From NCBI GenBank assembly GCA_041304605.1, contig JBFYNB010000001.1, positions 9,469-73,468 of the forward strand: DNA of 64,000 bases, written 5' to 3'. This DNA is from Methanomassiliicoccales archaeon (GTDB taxonomy: Archaea > Thermoplasmatota > Thermoplasmata > Methanomassiliicoccales > UBA472). Positions 25,556 through 34,798 of this stretch are shown in pieces. The notes beneath the pieces were generated by a model. The model made no database searches and had not been told where the DNA came from. It worked only from the letters and a program-made list of their open reading frames with translations. The translations under genes and the position numbers were made by a program. Position 1 is the first letter of the stretch. Each line of letters begins with the position of its first letter.

Positions 25556-27391
25556 TCACATGTCCACGCGCCGGCTGAGCTCGCTCGGCAGGTACATGGG
25601 GCGGAAGGGCATGTCGCCGATCTCGCCGCGCACCCGCTCGATGAGCTGGTCCACGGTCATCTCCACGTTCTTGTTCTGAGAGCGGTCGTAGACCGTAAGA
25701 ACCTCGGAGGTAATCTCCTTGTCACCGATGACAATGGCGTAGCCGACCCAGTCCTGCTTGGCCTCTCTGACCTTCTTCCCGACCGTCTCGGAGCGGTCGT
25801 CCAGTCCCACGCGGATCTGGGCCTTGCGAACCCTGTCCGCCAGCTCCCTGGCCTTTTCCAGGTGGGGCTCGGAGACGTTCATGAAGCGCACCTGCTCTGG
25901 AAGAACCCAGGTCGGCAGCGTACCCAGCTTGCCCTGGGTCTCCATCTGCACCGCGGTGTCGAAGAGCATGTACAGGTACCGTTCCACCGTCCCGATGACG
26001 GCGGTGTGCAGAATGACCGGGAATATCTTCTTACCCGACTCGTCAGTGTAGGTTATTCCGAAGCGCTGGGCGTTGCCCACGTCGATCTGCACCGTGCCGA
26101 TCTCCCTGGCTCGCTTAAGATCGTCCAGGATGTGATATTCTATGTTCACGGTCCAGTAGTAGTTGATCCCTTCGGGGTAGAAGTGCAACAGGGCCGGCTT
26201 GTCGTGCTTGCGCACGATGTCCATGAGCATATCCTTGTGGTTCTGGTAGGCTTCCCAGGAGGAGAAGTTTACCAGCATCTCGTAGTCTCGCCCGAGGTCG
26301 TTGGCCTCCTTGTAGATCCTGGCGTCCAGGCGGGTGAACCAGTCCTCGGATTCCGGAATGTCCTTGCAGACCACGTGCAGGTCGGGCATGTTCATGCGCC
26401 TGGTGCGGAAGCAGAGCATGGTCTCCCCGGACTGCTCCAGACGATACGAATCGGCCACCTCGAAAGCGCCGAACGGTAACGTTTTGTAACTGATGTTCCA
26501 GAGTCGCATCATGGCGAACTGCTGGTGGCAGGCGGCGTACCTCATCACGAAGTCGCGCTTCTCGCCCTTGATCACGTACAGTCGGTCACCGAACAGCTTG
26601 GCGTGCTCGGCGACCGGGCCCTCGTCCAAACTGAACATGTTCGTGCCGCGCACGGTATAAACGGGAAGGGTCATGTCGTTGACAATGCGGGATGAGTAGT
26701 CCGCGACCAGGTCGAACATCAGGGCGCCCTTGGGCGAGAAGCACATGTGGCCCGCGTCGCTCATGGATTCCCAGTTGATGCCGAACTTCTTGCACAGGCG
26801 AGTGTACTTGACCTCGCCGGTGGAGGGCCAATCCTTCTTCAGAGCCTCCTTGGCCATCATTATCTGGAAGCACTCGGTGCCCTTCTTGAAGTCGAGGGGG
26901 TCCACCTCGCTGCCGTCCGGGAGGAGCACTATGAACCTCTCCTCTCCCTTGGGGGCGGCTACCGTCTCCTCGCCCTCGATCTCCCTGGACAGCTCCGACA
27001 AGGGATGTCCTTTGCAGCTGATCTTGAACGCCTTGTACCATCCGAAGGGGGCCCGGTGCACCTGCCATCCGTCCTCGGAGACCAGGCGCTCCATCTCCCT
27101 GAGCATCTTCTTGCCGGTCTCGGCGTCCGACAGTTCCGCGCTGAGGTGAGCGTAGGGATAGAGCATGATGCGCTCGGCGCCGACCTTCTTGGCCGTTTCG
27201 ATGATGTCCGCCGAAGCCTGGGAGGCTACCGCCTCCATCTTGTCCTGGTCGTTCTTCTCTACGGTGATGAAGGCCACCAGCACCTCTTCCATCCTGCCAG
27301 TCTTCTCCTGGTCGGTGATGGCCTCGGCCAACGGGGTGGGCTTCTTAACCTCGAATTCCATGAAATCGGCGTGTATATAGAGCGTCCTCAT
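25556..27391 (-). CDS. thrS: Threonyl-tRNA synthetase, archaeal type with N-terminal editing domain
   Basis: Track ORF 25556..27469, trimmed to ATG 27391 (MRTLYIHADFMEFEVKK, a typical archaeal ThrRS start). Class II core and C-terminal anticodon-binding domain. Confidence 0.9.
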   Translation of the reverse strand: MRTLYIHADFMEFEVKKPTPLAEAITDQEKTGRMEEVLVAFITVEKNDQDKMEAVASQASADIIETAKKVGAERIMLYPYAHLSAELSDAETGKKMLREMERLVSEDGWQVHRAPFGWYKAFKISCKGHPLSELSREIEGEETVAAPKGEERFIVLLPDGSEVDPLDFKKGTECFQIMMAKEALKKDWPSTGEVKYTRLCKKFGINWESMSDAGHMCFSPKGALMFDLVADYSSRIVNDMTLPVYTVRGTNMFSLDEGPVAEHAKLFGDRLYVIKGEKRDFVMRYAACHQQFAMMRLWNISYKTLPFGAFEVADSYRLEQSGETMLCFRTRRMNMPDLHVVCKDIPESEDWFTRLDARIYKEANDLGRDYEMLVNFSSWEAYQNHKDMLMDIVRKHDKPALLHFYPEGINYYWTVNIEYHILDDLKRAREIGTVQIDVGNAQRFGITYTDESGKKIFPVILHTAVIGTVERYLYMLFDTAVQMETQGKLGTLPTWVLPEQVRFMNVSEPHLEKARELADRVRKAQIRVGLDDRSETVGKKVREAKQDWVGYAIVIGDKEITSEVLTVYDRSQNKNVEMTVDQLIERVRGEIGDMPFRPMYLPSELSRRVDM

Positions 27392-27537
27392 CTTATCGCC
27401 TGATAGGGTTGTTTGGTAATGGTCCACGTGTATAAATAAACGATTCCGGAGCATTGGCATGGCCAGCATCCCCTCTCCGGTCCTTTCTCATAAGCAATCT
27501 TTAAATTCAAGAAAAGGTTTGCCTGATTCGCATCTTT

Positions 27538-28425
27538 ATGAGGTCATTCAGGCTATCCAGGGATGTCACGGGGGCCGTGAACGTCCTGCTCATCGTTCTG
27601 ATCGCCGTCCTGATGGTGAGCGCCAGCACGGTCGTTATTTTGATCTACCAGGGGGAACAGTCCGAAGAGGGCTCTGATGACCTGGTCGCCGTAGGGCAGA
27701 CCATCAAGGTGGACTACATCGGCAAGCTGCTGGACGGAAGGGTGTTCGACACCTCCCTGCTCACTGTGGCCAACGATGACGCCGCCTACCCCAAGACCTT
27801 GTCCTTCAACAAGCGCAGTAATTCCTCGTACACGCCGCTAAGCTTCGAGGTCGGCGCCGGAAGGATGATCTCCGGGTTCGACGAAGCCGTTGTGGGGATG
27901 AAGGTCGGAGAGACCAAGACGGTCACCCTGACCCCCGATGAAGCGTACGGCGACATGGACCCCTCCAAGTTGGTCACCTTCTCCCTGAGCGAGAACGTCC
28001 CGCTGCTGCTGACCTTCACCGCCAGCTCGTTCAAGGCCGAGTACGGGGTTGACGCCTCTCAGGGATTGACCGTTGCCGACCCCATGTACGGATGGGACGC
28101 CACGGTGTACGAGTACGACGAGCAGGCCGACCGCGTGACGGTCAAGAACGTGCCCACGCTCAACGCGCTCTACCGCATTTACGGCACAGGCAGTGCGGGC
28201 TGGGACGTCAAGGTCACCAGCATCGACAGCAATGCCAACCTCGTCACCGTCCAGCACCAGCTGGATGAGGGCGACAGCGACATGATCAAGGGATCGGACG
28301 GAACCAACACCTTCTTCATCATCGACGTGGACGAGACGAACGGCACCGCGGTGCGCAACTACAACACCGAGCTGCTGGGCAAGTCCCTGGTGTTCACCAT
28401 TACCATCGTGAGCATCGTCGAGTGA
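27538..28425 (+). CDS. Membrane-anchored FKBP-type peptidyl-prolyl isomerase with an extra C-terminal domain
   Basis: Track ORF, 295 aa. N-terminal TM helix. FKBP core IKVDYIGKLLDGRVFDTS...FEVGAGRMISGFDEAVVGMKVGE. Confidence 0.75.
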   Translation: MRSFRLSRDVTGAVNVLLIVLIAVLMVSASTVVILIYQGEQSEEGSDDLVAVGQTIKVDYIGKLLDGRVFDTSLLTVANDDAAYPKTLSFNKRSNSSYTPLSFEVGAGRMISGFDEAVVGMKVGETKTVTLTPDEAYGDMDPSKLVTFSLSENVPLLLTFTASSFKAEYGVDASQGLTVADPMYGWDATVYEYDEQADRVTVKNVPTLNALYRIYGTGSAGWDVKVTSIDSNANLVTVQHQLDEGDSDMIKGSDGTNTFFIIDVDETNGTAVRNYNTELLGKSLVFTITIVSIVE

Positions 28426-28455
28426 TCCCCAAACCCCAACCCAATACCTTTCTTT

Positions 28456-29079
28456 TCATTGGGTCGACATTTTTCCGCCCTGCTTCTCCGCCTTGCGCTT
28501 GCGATAGCTTGAGGCGATGAAGCTGAGCACGATGATGGCGATCACCATGACCAGGGTGACGTCGGCCGCCATTCCCTTCTCCATGTAGATGAGGAAGTAA
28601 TTGCTGGCGGCCAGGATGAGTCCGTACTTCAAGGTTCCTCCGAGCACCAGGTAGAACAGCGATCTCCTGTACGACCAACCGGACAGCGCCACGAAGGCCC
28701 CGGTGAAGGGGAGTATCGGCGCAATGCGGTTCAGCAGTATCATCCGCTCATCCTGCAGCAGCAGGAAGCGGCGGTAACGGTCTATCACGCTGGATATCTT
28801 GGGCGGAACCTTGAGCCGCTTGACCACCACGTATAGCGTCGTCAACCCGAGCACCTCGGCTATGGCGATGATCAGCACGAAGAGGGACCACAGGGCCCAG
28901 TCGGGCATGGTCCCGTAGCCGGCGATGAAGAACAGGACGACAAAGAGCTCCGGCAGCGTCGGGAACACGATGGCGTCGATGTAGAAAAGCAGGAAGGTGC
29001 AGAGCAGCCAGCCGGCCAGGCCTAAAGGTGAGAACAGGGTGTAAAAGGCCTCGCCGACGGAGAACATCCCATCTCCCAA
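28456..29079 (-). CDS. DedA / VTT (SNARE-associated) family membrane protein
   Basis: Track ORF, 207 aa. Multi-TM, with FPTLPELFVVLF typical of the VTT domain. Confidence 0.65.
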   Translation of the reverse strand: MGDGMFSVGEAFYTLFSPLGLAGWLLCTFLLFYIDAIVFPTLPELFVVLFFIAGYGTMPDWALWSLFVLIIAIAEVLGLTTLYVVVKRLKVPPKISSVIDRYRRFLLLQDERMILLNRIAPILPFTGAFVALSGWSYRRSLFYLVLGGTLKYGLILAASNYFLIYMEKGMAADVTLVMVIAIIVLSFIASSYRKRKAEKQGGKMSTQ

Positions 29080-29082
29080 GCG

Positions 29083-30261
29083 CTAGTGCTTTACAAAAAC
29101 TTTGTTGCTGACCCGTCCAGCCTTGGACTCTATGGCGTACTGGTAGATGTCCAGCAGCCTGGTGGCCCACTGCCCAGCCGAATATTCGCGGGCCTTGGCC
29201 AGAGCTCCCTCCCGGTACTTCTGGGGGTCCTTAAGCAAACGGGTGGTGGCCTGCGACCAGCTGTAAGGGGTCTCCTCGAAAAGCTCCCCGTTCTCCCCCT
29301 CCCGGATGAGCTCGGCCACCGCCCGGTAGCGGATCCCGCTGACCGGCTTCCCGACGGCCATGGCCTCCAGGATCACCAGTCCTTGCGTCTCGAACTTGCT
29401 TGCTAAGGTAAGCACATCGCAGGCGGCGTAGAACTGGGGGAGCTCGGAATCTGGAACGAAACCGGTGAATGTTACCTTATCGGACACTCCCAGGTCCTCG
29501 GTCAGCTTGATCATGTGCTCCTTGGCCGGGCCTTCGCCGACCAGCACCAGGCGGGCATCCAGTTCCTGCTTGGCCAGTATGCAGAAGCCGCGAATGACAA
29601 GTTCGATGTTCTTCTCCCAGGCTATCCGTCCCAGGTGCAGGATGACCCTCTTCCCCTCCAGTCCGTACCGCTTCCGCACCTCGCCCCCGTCCAGTCGAGG
29701 GTTGAAGCGGTCCAGGTCCACCCCGGTGGGAATGACCTCGAAGCGCTTTATGTGCGGGGCGTAGCGCTTTATCTCGTTCTTTATGGCCAGGGTGGGCGCG
29801 ATGACCACCTCGGCCCGGTGCAGGATGACGCGCAGGTAGGTCCACATGCTCAGCTGGATCACCCATTCCGGGAATGGGGTGAAGTTGTAGAACCTGGCCG
29901 CCTCGGTGACCATGGTGTGGAAGGTCAGCACCACCGGCTTCTTCAGACCTCGGCCGGCCAGCATGGCTCGTACCGCCTGGAACATGAGCCCATGCACGTG
30001 AATGACGTCCACATCCAGTTCGGCCAGGATGTGGCACTTGTCGGTCGGGAACATGGGAATGCGATAACCGGAGTACTGCTGGAAACCGATGGAACGGAAG
30101 TAGTGGACCCCATCCTCCCTCTGCGCCGGATCGGCCGGGTCGGGCGCCAGTACGTATACGGTGTGCCCCATCCTTTCCAGCTCCCTCTTGGTCAGCAGAA
30201 GGGAGGTCACCACCCCGTCTCGGGTGGGCAGGTACGAGTCGGTGAACATGGCTATCTTCAA
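29083..30261 (-). CDS. Glycosyltransferase, GT4 family
   Basis: Track ORF, 392 aa. MKIAMFTDSYLPTRDGV N-terminus and ETQGLVILEAMAVGKPV motif. Confidence 0.8.
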   Translation of the reverse strand: MKIAMFTDSYLPTRDGVVTSLLLTKRELERMGHTVYVLAPDPADPAQREDGVHYFRSIGFQQYSGYRIPMFPTDKCHILAELDVDVIHVHGLMFQAVRAMLAGRGLKKPVVLTFHTMVTEAARFYNFTPFPEWVIQLSMWTYLRVILHRAEVVIAPTLAIKNEIKRYAPHIKRFEVIPTGVDLDRFNPRLDGGEVRKRYGLEGKRVILHLGRIAWEKNIELVIRGFCILAKQELDARLVLVGEGPAKEHMIKLTEDLGVSDKVTFTGFVPDSELPQFYAACDVLTLASKFETQGLVILEAMAVGKPVSGIRYRAVAELIREGENGELFEETPYSWSQATTRLLKDPQKYREGALAKAREYSAGQWATRLLDIYQYAIESKAGRVSNKVFVKH

Positions 30262-30265
30262 GGTC

Positions 30266-31582
30266 TCATCCTCGCTTCATGAGCCCGTCGATCTTGCCGA
30301 GGACCTCGTCCGGGTCCCGGCCGAGCACTCTGACCATTGGTTCCTTGCCAACTCCTCCGCGATCGAAGATCACGTCCGGCACATGGCCGCATTCAATTAT
30401 CGCTTGCGAGGTACCCCATTCCATGGAGGACACTCTGTCCGGCTCCTCGGCCCGGTCAAAGCTTCCGATGTCCAGACCGAACGAAACCAGTTCGGCCAGG
30501 GTCTCCTCCGAATACCGCAGGTTCATGCCGCAGCGGACCTCTGGATCGGCGGACGAAGCGGCCATCACCACCCGGGCTATGTGCCGGCTCCCTCCGAAAC
30601 GAACCTCGCCCGCCCGGCGTATGCTTTCACCAACTCGTACCAGCCGACCTTGGACCCCACATATCTCCCGATATCCCTGCGGATACGGCAACGCATAAGC
30701 GAGGTTCATGCCGACCTCTGGGACCAGCTCGGGCGGCATGCGCCGCTCGATGAACTCCACCGCGGAACGCACCTCCTCTATCGTCCTGGCCCGCATGGCT
30801 TCCTTGTACAAGGTGGCCAGGGGGTTGATGGCCAGAAGTCCCTTGCCCACCGGCAGGGCCATGGCTATCGAGTCGTAAATGCGCCGCTTGGCCTCCTGCG
30901 CCGCCTCATGAGGGTCCATGCCCATCCCCAGTCCGGTGGCGATGAACGAGGATAAGGTGCAGCCGGCCCCGTGCACCTTGCGGTCCAGGCGGGGCGAGAC
31001 CATCTCCAGCACCCCCTCGGCGGTGAACAGTAGGTCACGGGCGGTGTTCCCTTCCAGATGGCCGCCTTTAAGCAGAACCGCCTTCGGCCCGAGTTCCAGG
31101 AGGACGTTCCCGACCTCCTCCAGCGATTCTTCGTCAATGATCTTTCGGCCTGAGAGGACCTCCGCCTCTTCCCGGTTCGGGGTCACCACCGTGGCCAGGG
31201 GGAGCAGGTCCTTGGCCAGGGACTCCGCCAGCCCGTCCTTGTGCAGCGCGGCGCCCACGCCGGCGAAGAGCACCGGGTCGACGACCAGAGGCGCGTTCAG
31301 TTCATTGAGCAGGGAGGCCACGGCACGCACGGTGCGCGGGGAGTAAAGCATCCCGGTCTTGACCGCGGATATGCAGGCGTCCTCGGCCACCGCGGTGATC
31401 TGAGCGGTGACCTGCTCCGGCGGCAACGGGAAGATGTCCCGCAATCGGGAAGTGTTCTGGGCCGTGACCGCGGTGAGGGCGACCACGGCGTGGGCTCCCA
31501 TCGAGGAGATGGCCTTTATGTCGGCCTCCACGCCCGCCCCGCCCACAGAATCGGAGCCTGCTATAGTGAGGATGATCGCCAT
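30266..31582 (-). CDS. thiDN: Bifunctional HMP/HMP-P kinase ThiD fused to a ThiN-type thiamine-phosphate synthase
   Basis: Track ORF 30266..31615, trimmed to ATG 31582. Sequence LTIAGSDSVGGAGVEADIKA (ThiD) and a roughly 180-aa C-terminal ThiN-like domain. Confidence 0.8.
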   Translation of the reverse strand: MAIILTIAGSDSVGGAGVEADIKAISSMGAHAVVALTAVTAQNTSRLRDIFPLPPEQVTAQITAVAEDACISAVKTGMLYSPRTVRAVASLLNELNAPLVVDPVLFAGVGAALHKDGLAESLAKDLLPLATVVTPNREEAEVLSGRKIIDEESLEEVGNVLLELGPKAVLLKGGHLEGNTARDLLFTAEGVLEMVSPRLDRKVHGAGCTLSSFIATGLGMGMDPHEAAQEAKRRIYDSIAMALPVGKGLLAINPLATLYKEAMRARTIEEVRSAVEFIERRMPPELVPEVGMNLAYALPYPQGYREICGVQGRLVRVGESIRRAGEVRFGGSRHIARVVMAASSADPEVRCGMNLRYSEETLAELVSFGLDIGSFDRAEEPDRVSSMEWGTSQAIIECGHVPDVIFDRGGVGKEPMVRVLGRDPDEVLGKIDGLMKRG

Positions 31583-31683
31583 GATTGGTGTAAGGTGCCC
31601 CTTCCTAATAATCATAACAGGGAGCGGCCGTAGATGTCAACCAACAAACATTATATATCGAGGGCCGCTGTTCAAAAAATCCG

Positions 31684-32052
31684 ATGAAAGCAAGCAGTGG
31701 GCACTTGGTGCTGAACGACCGCACAGAATACCAGGAGTTGGCAGAGGTCTTCCCCGAGTTGCTCAAGTTATTCTTGGAAGAGACGGACCAGATCCCCGAG
31801 GACCCGGAGATCATGCAGATGTTCATCCACATCAACCAGATGGACCTGGAGGCCAACCGCAAGCCGGAAGGCTACAACCGCAAGGGCCGCATGCGCCTGA
31901 TCTTCCCGACCAACCGCATGGAGTTCTACGTGAAGGGTTCGTCCAAGAGCGGTGAGGTGGTTCGCGTGACGGAGAAGATCAGCAAGCTGCTGACCCGCAA
32001 CGGGTTCGAACACGAATTGGCGTGGAACACCCTCTCCTGCTTAGAGGTCTGA
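31684..32052 (+). CDS. Hypothetical protein, 122 aa
   Basis: Track ORF with strong GC3 coding bias. I recognise no motif. Confidence 0.6.
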   Translation: MKASSGHLVLNDRTEYQELAEVFPELLKLFLEETDQIPEDPEIMQMFIHINQMDLEANRKPEGYNRKGRMRLIFPTNRMEFYVKGSSKSGEVVRVTEKISKLLTRNGFEHELAWNTLSCLEV

Positions 32053-32053
32053 A

Positions 32054-33499
32054 CTACTTCCTGAGATTTTCCCAAACTCCGTCCAGACGAGCTATCTCGC
32101 CGTCGCATTCCGCGCGGTGGGATTCCATTATTGCCCGAGCTGAGACGACCTGCTCGACCACCCTTTCCGGCGCTGTGCCTCCCAACGAAGTGCGACGGCG
32201 CAGGCAGGCGTCCAGGGAGATGAATTTCAGAGAATCCTTATCCAACAGCTCGGAGAACGCCCTCAGCTCCTTAACCGTGAGCGATTCCAGCTTCTTGCCC
32301 TTCTTGACGCAATATTGAACGGCGGCGCCCACCACCTCGTGCGCCTGCCGGAAGGGCATGCCCTTCTGCACCAGATGGTCCGCGAGGTCCGTGGCGTTCA
32401 GGAAACCGTCCGCGCAGGCGTTCGCCATACGTTCCCTGTTGAACGAAAGGTCGCGGTACATCGGCCCCATCATGAAAAGGCAGGAGGTCAGCGTCTCGTA
32501 GCTGGAGAACACCGATCCCTTGTCCTCCTGCATGTCCCGGTTGTAACTTAGCGGCAGCCCCTTCATGACGGTGAGGAGCTGCATCAGGTTGCCGATGGCT
32601 ATGGAGCTCCGCCCGCGCACCAGCTCGGCCACGTCCGGGTTCTTCTTCTGCGGCATTATGGAACTTCCGGTGGCGAAGGCGTCCGGCATCTCCGCGAAGC
32701 GGAACTCCGGGGACGTCCACAGCACCAGCTCCTCGCCCATGCTGCTCAGGTGCACCATGGCCTGGGCGCAATCGTAGGCGAACTCCAAGGCGAAGTCCCG
32801 GTCGCTAACGGTGTCCATGGCGTTGTCCGTGGGACGGTCGAAGCCCAGCAATTCCGAGGTCATCTCGCGGTCCACTGGATGCCCGGTTCCGGCCAGGGCT
32901 CCCGCGCCCAGGGGGCACTGGTTCAGGCGCTTGTAGGCGTCCAGGAACCTTTCGGCGTCCCTCTGCAGGCGGAAGACATGTGCCAGTATATGGAATCCCA
33001 GCGAAACGGGTTGGGCGTGCTGCATGTGGGTGAAACCGGGCATGATGGTCCCGGTCTCCTTTTCCGCCCGGTCTAGAAGTTCGGACTGAACGTCCAGCAG
33101 CAGGGTAACGATCTCCAGCATGGCGTCCCGCACGAACATGCGGAAGTCCGTGGCGACCTGATCGTTGCGGCTCCGGGCGGTGTGAAGGCGCTTTCCGGCA
33201 TCTCCAACCCTTTCGGTCAGGATATGCTCCACGTTGGTGTGCACGTCCTCCAGCTCGGGGGAGAAGTCCAGTCGTCCCGCCTCCAGGTCGATGAGCAGCT
33301 GCTTCAGGCCGTTCGCCAATAGGACGGATTCGTCCCTTTGGATTATTCCGGCCTCGCCCAGCATCCTGGCGTGGGCCATCGAGCCGACGATGTCGTACCA
33401 GGCCAGCCTGGTGTCTACCGACAGGGACGATGTGAACGACAGGGTCATCTCGGACGGACCCTCGGCGAAACGACCGGACCACAGCTGCTTCTCGGCCAT
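32054..33499 (-). CDS. argH: Argininosuccinate lyase
   Basis: Track ORF 32054..33757, trimmed to ATG 33499 (MAEKQLWSGRF). Fumarate-lyase signature GSSIMPQKKNPD. Confidence 0.95.
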   Translation of the reverse strand: MAEKQLWSGRFAEGPSEMTLSFTSSLSVDTRLAWYDIVGSMAHARMLGEAGIIQRDESVLLANGLKQLLIDLEAGRLDFSPELEDVHTNVEHILTERVGDAGKRLHTARSRNDQVATDFRMFVRDAMLEIVTLLLDVQSELLDRAEKETGTIMPGFTHMQHAQPVSLGFHILAHVFRLQRDAERFLDAYKRLNQCPLGAGALAGTGHPVDREMTSELLGFDRPTDNAMDTVSDRDFALEFAYDCAQAMVHLSSMGEELVLWTSPEFRFAEMPDAFATGSSIMPQKKNPDVAELVRGRSSIAIGNLMQLLTVMKGLPLSYNRDMQEDKGSVFSSYETLTSCLFMMGPMYRDLSFNRERMANACADGFLNATDLADHLVQKGMPFRQAHEVVGAAVQYCVKKGKKLESLTVKELRAFSELLDKDSLKFISLDACLRRRTSLGGTAPERVVEQVVSARAIMESHRAECDGEIARLDGVWENLRK

Positions 33500-33504
33500 G
33501 AAGA

Positions 33505-34722
33505 TCACTTCTTCTGGGCCTTCGCCACGCTGCGCAACGGGAGACCCCACACGTAGATGAAGCCCTCCGCGGACTTGTGGTTGAACTGGTCCCCCTCGGC
33601 GTATGTAGCTAGTCCCGTATCGTACAGCGAGTACGGCGAGGAGCGGCCCACTATGGTGGCACTGCCCTTGTAGAGCTTTACCCTTACGGTTCCGTCGATG
33701 TACTCCTGGGTCTTGTCGATGAAGGCGGTGAGCGCTTCCATCAACGGGGAGAACCAAAGCCCATCGTAGGCCAGCTCGGAGAAGCGCTGCTCGATGCCGC
33801 GCTTGTAGCTGAAGACGTCCTTGGTCAGGACCATCTTCTCCAGGTCCTTGTGCGCGTTTATGAGGATCATGGCCGCCGGGGACTCGTAGATCTCGCGGGA
33901 CTTTATGCCGACAAGGCGGTCCTCGATATGATCTATGCGTCCGTATCCATGCTTCCCGCCCAGCTGGTTGAGCTTCTTGACGATGTCGGTCATGGACATC
34001 TTCTTGCTCTTGTTGAGCCCGACCGGCAATCCCTTTTTGAAGTGAATTTCCACGTACTCCGGCTTATCGGGAGCGTCCGCCGGGTCGACGGTCCATTCGT
34101 AGGCGTCCTTCGGCGGCTCTTCCATGGCGTCCTCCAGGATCCCGCACTCGCAGCTGCGCCCCCAGATGTTCTCGTCGGTGCTGTACGGGCACTCCTTCTT
34201 GACCTTGATCGGAACGTCGTTCTTCCGGGCGTACTCGATCTCGTCCTCCCTGGTCATTACCCATTCCCTCATGGGGGCGATGATCTTGATCTCCGGGGCC
34301 AGAGCGGCGATGCTGACGTCAAAGCGCACCTGGTCGTTGCCCTTGGCGGTGCAGCCATGGGCTATGAACTTGGCGCCTTCCTTCTTGGCGATGTCCACCA
34401 TTATCCTGGCTATGAGCGGCCTGGCGATGGACGTTGCCAACGGATAGGTCCCCATGTACAGGGCGTTGGCCTTCAGGGACGGTCCGATGTAATCCTTCAC
34501 GAACTCCTCGGTCGCGTTGAAAGCGTAAGCTTGCACCGCTCCTATCTGTAGCGCGCGGTCGACAGCCTCCTGGAGGTCTCCAGGCTGACCGACGTTGATG
34601 CTGACCGCGATGACGTCCAGATCGTAATTCTGCTGCAACCACCGAATGGCCACGGACGTGTCCAGACCTCCGGAGTACGCCAGCACCACCTTGTCTCGAA
34701 CCTTCTTAGCGCGAGCTGCCAT
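33505..34722 (-). CDS. argG: Argininosuccinate synthase
   Basis: Track ORF 33505..34782, trimmed to ATG 34722. AYSGGLDTS PP-loop. Confidence 0.95.
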   Translation of the reverse strand: MAARAKKVRDKVVLAYSGGLDTSVAIRWLQQNYDLDVIAVSINVGQPGDLQEAVDRALQIGAVQAYAFNATEEFVKDYIGPSLKANALYMGTYPLATSIARPLIARIMVDIAKKEGAKFIAHGCTAKGNDQVRFDVSIAALAPEIKIIAPMREWVMTREDEIEYARKNDVPIKVKKECPYSTDENIWGRSCECGILEDAMEEPPKDAYEWTVDPADAPDKPEYVEIHFKKGLPVGLNKSKKMSMTDIVKKLNQLGGKHGYGRIDHIEDRLVGIKSREIYESPAAMILINAHKDLEKMVLTKDVFSYKRGIEQRFSELAYDGLWFSPLMEALTAFIDKTQEYIDGTVRVKLYKGSATIVGRSSPYSLYDTGLATYAEGDQFNHKSAEGFIYVWGLPLRSVAKAQKK

Positions 34723-34798
34723 GTGAATCTGCGGCGATGAAGCGGCCATGCATATTAATCTAAAGTGGCGGAAGTGGGACAATGTCAGATTCTAGTGT

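Noticed and set aside
31583-31683. TPP riboswitch upstream of thiDN
   Set aside because: The conserved CUGAGA and ACCUGAUCUGGAUAAUGCCAGCG-like elements are not present on either strand.
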